In this document: positions 1-9,615 of the stretch, in pieces
Position numbering within the stretch: the first letter of the stretch is position 1
Layout of the letters: each line of letters starts with the position of its first letter
DNA from: Sulfuricella sp.
Lineage (GTDB): Bacteria > Pseudomonadota > Gammaproteobacteria > Burkholderiales > Sulfuricellaceae
DNA: 64,000 nt
Direction of reading: 5' to 3'
Assembly (NCBI GenBank): GCA_028714955.1
Contig: JAQTLK010000004.1
Coordinates: 709 to 64,708 of the forward strand
The notes under the pieces: model-generated
Databases searched by the model: none
What the model was told of the DNA's origin: nothing
The model's input: only the letters and a program-made list of their open reading frames with translations
Made by a program: the position numbers and the translations under genes

Positions 1-1
1 T

Positions 2-856
2 CGCGCGCATTTCGATCCCAACGAAGTGCAGGTCAGCACGCTGCTGTCGATCAAGACCGGTGGCTGTTCCGAGGATTGCGGCTACTGCTCGCAGTCCGCG
101 CACCACGACACGGCGGTGGAGCGCGCGCCACTGCTGGCGCTCGACGAGGTCGTATCTGCCGCGGCAAAAGCCAGGGAGAGCGGCGCCACCCGTTTCTGCA
201 TGGGCGCAGCCTGGCGCGGCCCGCAGCAGAAGGATATGGCGCCGGTATTGGAGATGGTGCGCGCGGTCAAGGCGATGGGGCTGGAAACCTGCGTCACCCT
301 CGGCATGCTCAAGGAAGAACAGGCGGCCCAGCTCAAGGATGCCGGGCTCGACTATTACAACCACAATCTGGATACCGCCCCCGAGTTCTACGGCCAGGTC
401 ATCACCACGCATACCTACCAGGATCGCCTGGATACGCTGGACAGGGTGCGCAAGGCCGGCATCAAGGTATGCAGCGGCGGCATCGTCGGCATGGGCGAAT
501 CGCGCGCCCAGCGCGCGGCGCTCATCGCCCAGCTGGCCAATCTCGACCCGGTGCCGGAGTCGGTGCCGATCAACATGCTGGTGCAGGTCGAAGGCACTCC
601 GCTGAAGAATGCTGAAAGCCTCGATCCGCTGGAGTTCGTGCGCACTGTCGCAGTGGCGCGCATCACCATGCCGAACAGCCTGGTGCGATTGTCCGCGGGG
701 CGCGGCGAGATGGCGGAAAGCCTGCAGGCGCTGTGCTTTCTGGCCGGCGCAAACTCCATTTTCTACGGCGAGAAACTGTTGACCACCGGCAACCCCGATA
801 CCGGCGCAGACCAGGCTCTGTTCGACAAGCTCGGCATGCGTGCCATGGCGGCGTAA
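2..856 (+). CDS. bioB: Biotin synthase (5' end outside window)
   Basis: Frame is open from the window edge ([21 protein letters not shown]). Radical-SAM CxxxCxxC (CSEDCGYC), YNHNLDT motif, first gene of a bio cluster. Confidence 0.97.
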   Translation, partial: RAHFDPNEVQVSTLLSIKTGGCSEDCGYCSQSAHHDTAVERAPLLALDEVVSAAAKARESGATRFCMGAAWRGPQQKDMAPVLEMVRAVKAMGLETCVTLGMLKEEQAAQLKDAGLDYYNHNLDTAPEFYGQVITTHTYQDRLDTLDRVRKAGIKVCSGGIVGMGESRAQRAALIAQLANLDPVPESVPINMLVQVEGTPLKNAESLDPLEFVRTVAVARITMPNSLVRLSAGRGEMAESLQALCFLAGANSIFYGEKLLTTGNPDTGADQALFDKLGMRAMAA

Positions 857-863
857 GAGGGGC

Positions 864-937
864 GGTGATGGGCAATGCGGGATGGGTAATGGGTAATTTC
901 CGTGGGTTTCATCACTCATCACCCATTACTCGTTACC
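864..937. repeat. Inverted array of 7-bp repeats (GGTAATG-like x5, CATTACC-like x4) forming a hairpin between bioB and bioF
   Basis: ggtgatg ggcaatg cgggatg ggtaatg ggtaatt (864-898) and catcact catcacc cattact cgttacc (910-937) are reverse-complement heptamer families. Confidence 0.75.
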
Positions 938-942
938 GATAA

Positions 943-2112
943 ATGCCTTTTTCATCCTTATCGCTGGAGCTGCAGCAACGCGAGGCTGACGGCCTGCTGC
1001 GCCGCCGCCGCGTGCTGCAGAGCCCGCAGGGCGTCCGTGTGCGGATGGATGGCGAAGATGTCCTGTCCTTCTGCAGCAATGACTACCTTGGCCTCGCCAG
1101 CCATCCCGCGCTGGTCGAGGCGGCCTGTGCGGGGGCGCGGCGCTTCGGCGTGGGCGCCGGTGCCTCGCACCTGGTAAGCGGGCATACTGCAGTTCACCAT
1201 GAGCTGGAGCAAAAGCTGGCGGAATTTACCGGCTTGCCGGCGGCGCTGCTGTTTTCCACCGGCTACATGGCCAATCTCGGCATCATCACCGCCCTGCTCG
1301 GGCGCGGTGGCACGCTCTTTGCCGACAAGCTCAACCACGCTTCGCTCAACGATGCGGCGCTGCTTGCGCGTGCCAGGATGATGCGCTACCCGCATGGCGA
1401 CCTGGCCGTGCTGGAGCGCCAGTTGGCCGCTTCCACGGCAAGGCGCAAGCTGGTGGCGAGCGATGCCGTGTTCAGCATGGACGGCGACATCGCCCCCGTG
1501 CCAGAATTGCTGGCATTATGCGAAAAATACGATGCCTGGCTGCTGCTGGATGATGCCCACGGCTTCGGCGTGCTGGGAAAAAACGGCCGCGGTACCCTGG
1601 AGCATTTCTCCTCACTCCTCGCCCCTCGCCCCTCACGAATAATTTACATGGCCACGCTCGGCAAGGCTGCCGGCGTGTTCGGCGCCTTTGCCGCCGGCGC
1701 GCCGGAGCTGATCGCCTGGCTGGTGCAGGCCGCGCGCAGTTATATCTACACCACTGCCACGCCACCGCTGCTGGCGGCGGCCTTGCTGGAAAGCCTGCGC
1801 ATCATTGCAGAGGAGACCTGGCGCCGCGAGCGCCTGGCCGAACTGGTGGATGTGCTGCGCGGGGGGCTGAAATCGCAGCGCTGGCGTCTGATGCCGTCCG
1901 AAACGCCCATCCAGCCGCTGTTGATCGGTTCCAGCCAGTCCGCCGTCAGGGCAAGCGAAAACCTGCGCCAGCGCGGCATCCTGGTGCCGGCGATTCGCCC
2001 GCCAACGGTGCCCCAGGGAACGGCACGCCTGCGCATCACGCTTTCGGCGGCGCACAGCGTGGCAGACGTGCGGCAACTGGTCGACGCGCTGCAGCAACTG
2101 GAGAATGAATGA
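943..2112 (+). CDS. bioF: 8-amino-7-oxononanoate synthase
   Basis: FCSNDYLGL, NHASL, DDAHG and the PLP lysine motif TLGKA; bio cluster context. Confidence 0.96.
   Translation: MPFSSLSLELQQREADGLLRRRRVLQSPQGVRVRMDGEDVLSFCSNDYLGLASHPALVEAACAGARRFGVGAGASHLVSGHTAVHHELEQKLAEFTGLPAALLFSTGYMANLGIITALLGRGGTLFADKLNHASLNDAALLARARMMRYPHGDLAVLERQLAASTARRKLVASDAVFSMDGDIAPVPELLALCEKYDAWLLLDDAHGFGVLGKNGRGTLEHFSSLLAPRPSRIIYMATLGKAAGVFGAFAAGAPELIAWLVQAARSYIYTTATPPLLAAALLESLRIIAEETWRRERLAELVDVLRGGLKSQRWRLMPSETPIQPLLIGSSQSAVRASENLRQRGILVPAIRPPTVPQGTARLRITLSAAHSVADVRQLVDALQQLENE
1608..1635 (+). repeat. Four tandem C(C/T)CCTC(A/G) heptamers inside bioF
   Basis: ctcctca ctcctcg cccctcg cccctca. Confidence 0.7.
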
Positions 2113-2870
2113 GCCTGCATGTCGATGTCCGCGGTAGCGGGCCTGATCTTGTCCTGCTCCACGGATGGGGCATGCACAGCAGCATCTGGGGCGGCGTGCA
2201 TGATGAGCTGGCGCGGGATTTCCGCGTCCATGCGATGGATTTGCCGGGTTATGGCGCCAGTCCGACCTGCCAGCCTTACGACCTGCAGCATTTGGAGCAG
2301 GAAGTGGCGCAGGCAATGCCTGCCCGTGCCGGCCTTGTCGGCTGGTCTCTGGGCGGCCTGGTGGCGCAGCGCCTGGCCCTGAACCTGCCGCAGCGGGTGG
2401 CAAGGCTGATGCTGGTGGGCTCGACGCCCTGTTTCGTGCAGCGTCCGGACTGGCCACATGGCATCGAAGCCGCGCTTCTGCAGTCCTTTGCGCATGACCT
2501 GGAACGCGATTATGCAGCCACCCTGATGCGCTTTCTGACGCTCCAGGTGCGCAACGGCGAGAATGTGCGCACAGTGCTGAAATACCTGCGCATGGCCCTG
2601 TTTGCGCGCGGCATGCCGAGTGCCGAAGTGTTGCGGGCGGGTTTGGATATCCTGCTGGAAAACGATTTGCGTGCCGAGATCGGGAAGCTTGTCCTGCCTT
2701 TGTCCATCGTGCATGGCGAGCGCGATATGCTGGCTCCCGTGACGGCTGCGCGCTGGCTGGCGGCGCAAGTTCCTGGCGCGCGACTGACCCTGATCGCGGG
2801 CTGTGCCCACGCGCCGTTCCTGTCTCACCCCAAGGTGTTTTTGCAGGAAGCCCGGGCGTTCTTCTCGTGA
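2109..2870 (+). CDS. bioH: Pimeloyl-ACP methyl ester carboxylesterase
   Basis: LLHGWG, nucleophile GWSLGG, C-terminal AHAPFLSHP; 4-nt overlap with bioF. Confidence 0.95.
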   Translation: MSLHVDVRGSGPDLVLLHGWGMHSSIWGGVHDELARDFRVHAMDLPGYGASPTCQPYDLQHLEQEVAQAMPARAGLVGWSLGGLVAQRLALNLPQRVARLMLVGSTPCFVQRPDWPHGIEAALLQSFAHDLERDYAATLMRFLTLQVRNGENVRTVLKYLRMALFARGMPSAEVLRAGLDILLENDLRAEIGKLVLPLSIVHGERDMLAPVTAARWLAAQVPGARLTLIAGCAHAPFLSHPKVFLQEARAFFS

Positions 2871-3763
2871 GCGATGCTGTGTCGGACGATGAATCGAGAA
2901 TTGACAAGCAGCGCATGCGCCGTTCGTTCGAGCGTGCCGCTGCGACCTATGACCATGTTGCCGTGTTGCAGCGCACGGTGGCGCAGCGCATGGCGGAGCG
3001 CCTGCAATTCGTGAAATTCACGCCGTCGCTGCTGCTGGATGCCGGATGCGGCACCGGCTATGCCCGTGGCTTGTTGCGCGACAGGTATCCGGCGGCGCGC
3101 CTGGTCGAGCTGGATATTGCGCTTGGCATGTTGCGCGCGGCACGCCGGGCGCAGCCATGGTGGCGGAAATTGCTGCCCGGCGCCGGAGGGGCTTACGTCT
3201 GCGGTGACCTGGACGCGCTGCCCCTGCGGTCCGCCTGCGTGGACATGGTGTGGTCCAACCTGGCCTTGCAATGGTGCAATGATCTCGATGCGACCTTCGC
3301 CGGCGTGCGCCGCATTCTGGCGCCCAATGGACTGTTCATGTTCAGCACTCTGGGTCCGGATACCCTGCGCGAACTGCGCCAGGCATTCGGCGCGGTGGAT
3401 GGCTATACGCACGTCAGCCGCTTTCTGGACATGCATGACATTGGCGATGCGCTGGCGCATGCGGGATTCGCCGAGCCAGTGATGGACATGGAACACTTCA
3501 CCCTGACCTATGGCGATGTTGCCGGCCTGATGCGAGACCTCAAGGCGCTGGGAGCGCACAACGCCACTCAGGGGCGGCGCCACGGCCTGGCGGGCAAGAC
3601 GGCATGGCAGCGCATGGAAGCCGCCTATGAGCAGTTACGCCGCGACGGCAAACTGCCAGCCACCTACGAGGTGGTCTATGGCCATGCCTGGGCGCCGGCA
3701 AGCTTGCCGGATGGCCGGCAGGTGGTGCAAATGCCGCTTTCGCGCAAGCGGAGGGAAGGGTGA
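2867..3763 (+). CDS. bioC: Malonyl-ACP O-methyltransferase
   Basis: SAM motif LDAGCGTG, SNLALQW, ATYEVVYGHAW; overlaps bioH. Confidence 0.95.
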   Translation: MSDAVSDDESRIDKQRMRRSFERAAATYDHVAVLQRTVAQRMAERLQFVKFTPSLLLDAGCGTGYARGLLRDRYPAARLVELDIALGMLRAARRAQPWWRKLLPGAGGAYVCGDLDALPLRSACVDMVWSNLALQWCNDLDATFAGVRRILAPNGLFMFSTLGPDTLRELRQAFGAVDGYTHVSRFLDMHDIGDALAHAGFAEPVMDMEHFTLTYGDVAGLMRDLKALGAHNATQGRRHGLAGKTAWQRMEAAYEQLRRDGKLPATYEVVYGHAWAPASLPDGRQVVQMPLSRKRREG

Positions 3764-4491
3764 TTATGGGCCTCTTGCCAGACCCCTCACCCCTTACCCC
3801 TCACTCCTCACCCAGGGGTATTTTCGTTACCGGCACCGATACCGGCGTGGGCAAGACGCTGGTCTCCTGTGCCCTGCTTCATGCCTATGCCGCCGCGGGT
3901 TACCGGACGGTGGGCATGAAGCCGGTAGCGGCAGGGTGCGCGCCGGGTCAGGGTGGATTGCGCTGCGAAGATGTCGAAATGCTGCAACGCGCTTCCAGCG
4001 CGCAGGCACCCCGCGAACTGGTGAACCCCTACGCCTTTGCGCCGCCCGTTGCGCCCCATATTGCCGCCGCCGAAGCGGGCGCGACGATCGACGTGGCGCA
4101 TATCCGGCGCGCATATCTTGCGCTGACGGGCCTGGCCGACAGGGTGGTGGTCGAGGGGGTGGGCGGCTTCCGGGTGCCGCTCAACGAGCATGCGGATACG
4201 GCGGACCTGGCCTGTTTGCTGGCCTTGCCGGTGGTGCTGGTGGTGGGGATGCGCCTGGGTTGCCTCAGCCATGCCCTGCTCGCGGCGGAGGCGGTTGCGG
4301 CACGGGGCTTGCTGCTGGCCGGCTGGGTGGCGAACCAGGTCGATCCGCAGATGGCCCGTTTCGATGCCAACCTGGAGGCGTTGCGACAACGGCTTGCCGC
4401 GCCCTTGCTCGGCGTGGCGGCTTATGCGCCGCAACCCGATCCCGCCAGGGTGGCCCAGGACCTGCTTTTCCCACGTCTCGGCGAAGGTTGA
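3760..4491 (+). CDS. bioD: Dethiobiotin synthase
   Basis: FVTGTDTGVGKT P-loop, MKPVAAG, VEGVGG, LGCLSHALL. Confidence 0.96.
   Translation: MIMGLLPDPSPLTPHSSPRGIFVTGTDTGVGKTLVSCALLHAYAAAGYRTVGMKPVAAGCAPGQGGLRCEDVEMLQRASSAQAPRELVNPYAFAPPVAPHIAAAEAGATIDVAHIRRAYLALTGLADRVVVEGVGGFRVPLNEHADTADLACLLALPVVLVVGMRLGCLSHALLAAEAVAARGLLLAGWVANQVDPQMARFDANLEALRQRLAAPLLGVAAYAPQPDPARVAQDLLFPRLGEG
3783..3810 (+). repeat. Four tandem CCCCTCA-type heptamers in the bioD 5' coding region
   Basis: cccctca cccctta cccctca ctcctca. Confidence 0.75.
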
Positions 4492-4546
4492 TTCAGGACA
4501 TGCTCATCCTTTACAAAATTGATAATTGCGGCATAATGGCAGCATT

Positions 4547-5005
4547 ATGATTCTGTCACGCACCAGCCAATACGCCATCCAGGCCCTTATCTACGTCACC
4601 ACGCGACCGCGTGGCGAGCCCGTGCTCAACCGCGAAATCGCCGAACATCTGGGCGTGCCTGCGGCATACCTGGCCAAGATCATGCAGACCTTGTGCAGAA
4701 GCCATTTGCTCGATTCGTTCCGCGGACGCCTGGGCGGCTTCTGTCTGCACGAGAACGCGGAAAAGACCGACCTGATGCAGATCCTGCTGCTGACCGAAGG
4801 CGCGGGGTTTACCGATACCTGCCTGCTGGGCCTCAAGGTATGCAGCGACGAGACGGCTTGCCCCATGCACTCGCGCTGGAAGCCGATCAAGGAAAAAGTG
4901 GTTCTGCTGCTGAAAGAGCAGACGCTGGAAAAACTGGCGCTTGCCGTGCAAAGTGGAAAATACCGCATCACCGACCTGCCCCATGCGGCGATGAATCCCC
5001 CATGA
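4547..5005 (+). CDS. Rrf2-family transcriptional regulator with Fe-S-type Cys motif
   Basis: LSRTSQYAIQAL...S.RG..GGF winged helix; C-x6-C-x5-C-x2-H (CLLGLKVCSDETACPMH). ATG at 4547 preferred over 4526. Confidence 0.9.
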   Translation: MILSRTSQYAIQALIYVTTRPRGEPVLNREIAEHLGVPAAYLAKIMQTLCRSHLLDSFRGRLGGFCLHENAEKTDLMQILLLTEGAGFTDTCLLGLKVCSDETACPMHSRWKPIKEKVVLLLKEQTLEKLALAVQSGKYRITDLPHAAMNPP

Positions 5006-5772
5006 CGACCGCTGTTGCCATGCCCAGGCCAGGCAGGCGGCGCGTCAAGCTTGCCGAAACCGCTTGCGAGCCGATTGCCTGCAAGGATTGCGGCATCTAC
5101 CGCCTGTGCCAGGCCGTGGGTGGAGATGTCGACCTCTCGCTGCTTGACCTGCTGGTAAAAAATCGCCGGACCTACAAACGCGGCGAACTGCTCTATCGTA
5201 TCGACGAGCCTTACCGGGCGGCGTTCGCGATCCGCAGCGGGGCAGTAAAGACCTCCGTGCTGACCGATGATGGGCGGGTCCAGGTCACCGGTTTCCATAT
5301 TTCGGGCGAGGTGCTCGGGCTCAATGCCATCATCAATGAACATTACAATTGCGAAGCGCGGGCGCTCGAAACCACCAGCGTGTGCGAAGTGCCGTTCGAT
5401 CGCTATGAAGAGCTGGCGCTTCGGTTGCCCGGACTCCAGCACCAGATGCTCAGGATCATGAGCCAGGAAATCCGCCACAACCAGGAAATGATGCTGCTTC
5501 TGGGCAAGAAAAAAGCGGAGGAGCGGCTCGCGACTTTTCTGGTCAACCTGTCCCGCCGCCTCGAACGGCATGGCCGTCCGGCGCAGGAATTCAAGCTCAG
5601 CATGTCGCGTAGCGATATCGGCAATTACCTCGGACTGGCCGAAGAAACCGTGTGCCGGGTCATTACCCGTTTCGAGGAAAGCGCCCTGATTTCAACCGAA
5701 CGCCGTCTGGTCCGCATCGGACAGATGGAACGCCTGCAAGCCATGGCAACGGGGCGCTCCAGCCTGGAATGA
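5002..5772 (+). CDS. fnr: FNR-like Crp/Fnr regulator
   Basis: N-terminal CKDCGIYRLC and internal SVCEVPF cysteines; HTH MSRSDIGNYLGL. ATGA overlap with the Rrf2 stop; the ORF-track start at 4693 is an over-extension. Confidence 0.85.
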   Translation: MTTAVAMPRPGRRRVKLAETACEPIACKDCGIYRLCQAVGGDVDLSLLDLLVKNRRTYKRGELLYRIDEPYRAAFAIRSGAVKTSVLTDDGRVQVTGFHISGEVLGLNAIINEHYNCEARALETTSVCEVPFDRYEELALRLPGLQHQMLRIMSQEIRHNQEMMLLLGKKKAEERLATFLVNLSRRLERHGRPAQEFKLSMSRSDIGNYLGLAEETVCRVITRFEESALISTERRLVRIGQMERLQAMATGRSSLE

Positions 5773-5936
5773 CCCGGCGGCCGAACCCCGCTTCCGCCCT
5801 TCACACGTAAAGATCATATCCCGGCGTTCCCGCGGCCCGAACGCCATGCTCCCTTCTCCGTGCTTGACGGCTGTTTCCCCCGCGCTCCCGTCATTGACGG
5901 CCCTCGGCACGCGCCAGCAAACCAGAACGCAAAAAG

Positions 5937-5995
5937 TTGCCAAAAGTCAGTGATTTTCTGGTGGTTTCAGGCTATATTAGCTGACCGTGTCAGCT
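5937..5995 (+). promoter_or_regulatory. Putative cco promoter: degenerate FNR-type site, -10 box and a palindromic operator
   Basis: TTGCC-AAAA-GTCAG (5937-5950), TATATT (5973-5978), AGCTGAC-CGT-GTCAGCT (5979-5995). Confidence 0.45.
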
Positions 5996-6138
5996 TGCCG
6001 CAGGCGAGATGAAAACAGACAGTCAGCCCGGGCGCATGGCGCGCCTGGTTTTTGTCATGTCTGCCAGGCGAGCGGTGACCCGGTGTTCAATTCTGGAAGA
6101 TGTTGCGGTTCGCTTCAAAAAACGTTAAGGAGAAGGTT

Positions 6139-7590
6139 ATGGCGGCAGTTGGCGTCGCAAGTGCCGAACAGTATAACTACGATATTGTTCGAAAATTTAC
6201 GATCATGGCTCTGGTATGGGGAGCGGTTGGCATGCTGGCGGGGGTGTATGTCGCTTCCGAGCTGGCCTGGCCGTTCCTGAACTTCGACGTGGCTTACATT
6301 ACCTTTGGACGTCTGCGTCCGGTACATACCAGCGCCGTCATTTTCGGATTCGGCGGCAGCGCACTGTTTGCCACATCCTACTATGTCGTGCAGCGCACCT
6401 GTCAGACGCGCCTTTTCTCCGATGGCATGGCGAGCTTCACCTTCTGGGGCTGGCAGGCGATTATCGTGCTGGCCGCGATCAGTTACATGCTGGGCTACAG
6501 CCAGAGCCGCGAGTACGCGGAAATGGAATGGCCGATCGACATCCTGATCGAAATCGTGTGGGTGGCGTATTTGATCGTCTTCGTGGCGACCATCATGAAG
6601 CGCAGGCAGCCGCACATCTATGTGGCCAACTGGTTTTACCTGTCCTTCATCCTGGCCACCGCCCTGCTGCATACCTTCAACAACCTGGCTGTTCCCGTCA
6701 GCCTGTTCAGCATGAAATCCTACAGCCTGTTCGCCGGCACCCAGGACGCCATGACGCAGTGGTGGTATGGACATAACGCCGTGGGCTTCTTCCTCACCGC
6801 CGCCTTTCTCGGCATGATGTATTACTTCGTGCCGAAGCAGGCCGGCCGCCCGATCTATTCCTATCGCCTGTCCATCGTACACTTCTGGGCGCTGTCCTTT
6901 CTCTACATGTGGGTGGGCGCTCACCACCTGCACTGGACCGCGCTGCCAGACTGGACCTCGACCCTGGCCGCCACGTTCTCCATCATGCTGCTGCTGCCTT
7001 CCTGGGGCGGCATGATCAACGGCATCATGACGCTGTCCGGAGCGTGGGACAAACTGCGGACCGATCCGATCATGCGCTTCATGATCGTTGCGCTGTCCTT
7101 CTATGGCATGTCCACCTTTGAAGGCCCGATGATGTCGCTGAAAGACGTCAATGCCCTGTCGCACTATACCGACTGGACCGTCGGTCACGTCCACTCCGGC
7201 GCTTTGGGCTGGGTGGCGATGATTACCTTCGGTTCCTTGTACCACCTGATTCCCAAGCTGTGGGACACCAGGATGTACAGCGAGAAGCTGATCGGCATCC
7301 ACTTCTGGCTGGCAACCATCGGCGTGCTGCTTTACATCACCGCGATGTGGATTTCCGGCATCATGCAGGGCCTGATGTGGCGAGCCTTCGATGATTTCGG
7401 TAACCTGCAGTACTCCTTTGTCGAGTCGGTGGCTGCCATGCATCCCTTCTACGCGATGCGCGCGATCGGTGGCATGTTCTTCCTGACCGGCATGCTGCTC
7501 ATGATATTCAATGCCTTCATGACCATCAGTCGGGCCAACCGCAATGTTTCCGTGGCCGTGTTGAACCCTGCCAGGGCGGCGGCAGCGTAA
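6139..7590 (+). CDS. ccoN: cbb3-type cytochrome c oxidase subunit I
   Basis: [33 protein letters not shown] histidine ligands; AGGAG RBS before ATG 6139. Confidence 0.97.
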   Translation: MAAVGVASAEQYNYDIVRKFTIMALVWGAVGMLAGVYVASELAWPFLNFDVAYITFGRLRPVHTSAVIFGFGGSALFATSYYVVQRTCQTRLFSDGMASFTFWGWQAIIVLAAISYMLGYSQSREYAEMEWPIDILIEIVWVAYLIVFVATIMKRRQPHIYVANWFYLSFILATALLHTFNNLAVPVSLFSMKSYSLFAGTQDAMTQWWYGHNAVGFFLTAAFLGMMYYFVPKQAGRPIYSYRLSIVHFWALSFLYMWVGAHHLHWTALPDWTSTLAATFSIMLLLPSWGGMINGIMTLSGAWDKLRTDPIMRFMIVALSFYGMSTFEGPMMSLKDVNALSHYTDWTVGHVHSGALGWVAMITFGSLYHLIPKLWDTRMYSEKLIGIHFWLATIGVLLYITAMWISGIMQGLMWRAFDDFGNLQYSFVESVAAMHPFYAMRAIGGMFFLTGMLLMIFNAFMTISRANRNVSVAVLNPARAAAA

Positions 7591-7678
7591 GAAAAGCATG
7601 GCGAGCCTTTGCCCCTGCCTCCCGGCGCGCGAGGGGCGAGGCGTTGCCTTGCGTGACTGTTTATAGCGAGAAAACAAT

Positions 7679-8416
7679 ATGTTCAAACACGAATGGATTG
7701 AAAAAAACGTCGGCATCATGCTGGTCGCGATCATGCTCGCCATCAGTATCGGTGGCATGGTGGAAATCACTCCGCTGTTCTTCATCAAGGACACGGTGGA
7801 AAAAGTGGCCGGGGTACGCCCCTACACGCCGCTGGAATCGCGTGGCCGCGACATCTACGTGCGCGAGGGTTGCTACCTGTGCCATTCACAGATGATTCGC
7901 CCATTCCGCGACGAAGCGCTGCGTTACGGCCATTACTCCCTGGCGGCCGAATCCCAGTACGATCACCCTTTCCAGTGGGGATCCAAGCGCACTGGCCCGG
8001 ACCTGGCGCGCGTGGGCAAAAAATATTCCAACGAGTGGCACGTGCAGCATTTGAACGATCCGAAGTCCATGGTCCCGGCATCCGTCATGCCGCGTTATCC
8101 CTGGCTGCTGACGACCCCCCTGGATTACTCCGATGTGACCGACCGCCTCAAGGCCTTGCGCCAGGTGGGCGTGCCTTATTCCCTGACCCAGGGCGAGTAT
8201 GACAGGAACGTCAAGGAATTCGGCGCTGACGTGGCCAAAATGCTGCACATCCCCGACGCCCAGAAAAACCTCATTGCCCAGGCGCAGGCCGGAAACTATG
8301 ACGGCGATCGCAGCAACGTGAGCGAAATGGATGCGCTGGTGGCGTACTTGCAAGTGCTTGGCACGATGGTGGATTTCAGCAAGTACGATAACGACGAATT
8401 CGTGAAATTCCGTTAA
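7679..8416 (+). CDS. ccoO: cbb3 oxidase subunit II (monoheme)
   Basis: [40 protein letters not shown]. Confidence 0.96.
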   Translation: MFKHEWIEKNVGIMLVAIMLAISIGGMVEITPLFFIKDTVEKVAGVRPYTPLESRGRDIYVREGCYLCHSQMIRPFRDEALRYGHYSLAAESQYDHPFQWGSKRTGPDLARVGKKYSNEWHVQHLNDPKSMVPASVMPRYPWLLTTPLDYSDVTDRLKALRQVGVPYSLTQGEYDRNVKEFGADVAKMLHIPDAQKNLIAQAQAGNYDGDRSNVSEMDALVAYLQVLGTMVDFSKYDNDEFVKFR

Positions 8417-8428
8417 GGGGACGGCAGG

Positions 8429-8614
8429 ATGGAATGGCTATATTGGTTCTCCAGATTCGAAAATACCAAGCCCCTCGGCTTGCTGATATTTTTTGTCTGT
8501 TTCTGCCTGATCGTGATTTACGTCTATGGCAGCAAGGCGCGGGGGGAAGAACTGGAATCGCGCGGGAACATACCATTTCTGGATGAGGATTCAGATACTG
8601 AGGAAGCAAAATAA
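8429..8614 (+). CDS. ccoQ: cbb3 oxidase subunit IV
   Basis: 61 aa, one hydrophobic helix, IPFLDED tail, position between ccoO and ccoP. Confidence 0.88.
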   Translation: MEWLYWFSRFENTKPLGLLIFFVCFCLIVIYVYGSKARGEELESRGNIPFLDEDSDTEEAK

Positions 8615-9528
8615 TGAGTCAGCAAAAAACGCAAATGGCGCAAACTACCGGGCACGTCTGGGACGACGATCTGCAGGAATACAGCAATCCGCTGCCTTCG
8701 TGGTGGCTGATAGGGTTCTATGCCTCGGTAATCATGGCGCTGATCTACTGGATGATTTATCCGGCCTGGCCGGTCGGCAAGCATTTCACCACGGGGTTCA
8801 ATACCGTCACTTACGTCAACGACAAGGGACAGGAAAAAACCTGGCACTGGAATACCCGTGCCCAGTTGATGAAAGACATGAACGAAGCGCAGAAAATGCA
8901 GAAACCATACTTTGACAAAGTGGCCGCCATGTCCTTCGCCGACATTGCCAGGGATCCGGAACTGACCAACTTCGTCAATTCCGCCGGCAAGGCGCTCTTT
9001 GCCGATAACTGCGCCGCCTGCCACCAGTCTGGCGGCCAGGGCAAGCCCGGTTTCTTTCCCAACCTGACGGATGACGACTGGCTCTATGGCGGCACCTATG
9101 CCAATATCCAGGAAAGCATTACCAAAGGCCGTCACGGCTACATGCCGGCGTTCAAGGAAGTGCTGAACGCCACGCAACTCGATGAACTGGCGAATTATGT
9201 CGCCAGCCTGTCTGGCGAGAAGGCGGATGCAGCCAAGGCCAAGGCGGGCGATGCCCTGTTCCACTCTGAAACCGCGGCCTGTTATTACTGTCATGGCAAC
9301 GATGCCAAAGGACGCCAGCAAATCGGTTCCGCCAACCTGACCGACAAGATTTGGCTATGGGCAGATGTGCCGGGGCAAGGCACGCCGGAGAAAAAGGTGG
9401 AGGCCATCCGCACGGTGATCGCCAACGGTCTCAACCGCGGCGTAATGCCGGCCTGGGAAGACCGTCTCAAGCCGGAGCAGATCAAGCTGCTGACCGCTTA
9501 CGTCCATGGCCTGGGTGGCGGCAAGTAG
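8614..9528 (+). CDS. ccoP: cbb3 oxidase subunit III (diheme)
   Basis: TTGHVWD..LQEYSNPLPSWW N-terminus; CAACH and CYYCH heme motifs. Confidence 0.96.
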   Translation: MSQQKTQMAQTTGHVWDDDLQEYSNPLPSWWLIGFYASVIMALIYWMIYPAWPVGKHFTTGFNTVTYVNDKGQEKTWHWNTRAQLMKDMNEAQKMQKPYFDKVAAMSFADIARDPELTNFVNSAGKALFADNCAACHQSGGQGKPGFFPNLTDDDWLYGGTYANIQESITKGRHGYMPAFKEVLNATQLDELANYVASLSGEKADAAKAKAGDALFHSETAACYYCHGNDAKGRQQIGSANLTDKIWLWADVPGQGTPEKKVEAIRTVIANGLNRGVMPAWEDRLKPEQIKLLTAYVHGLGGGK

Positions 9529-9615
9529 CAAGCAATATCACACAATACCGATCTATTTTTGGCCCGCCCCAGAGGTGCATCCTGGCGCGGGCCGCGCTAA
9601 CTTCCGGAGCCGCCC

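Noticed and set aside
6115-7794. 559-aa minus-strand ORF
   Set aside because: Shadow of ccoN caused by high-GC codon bias.
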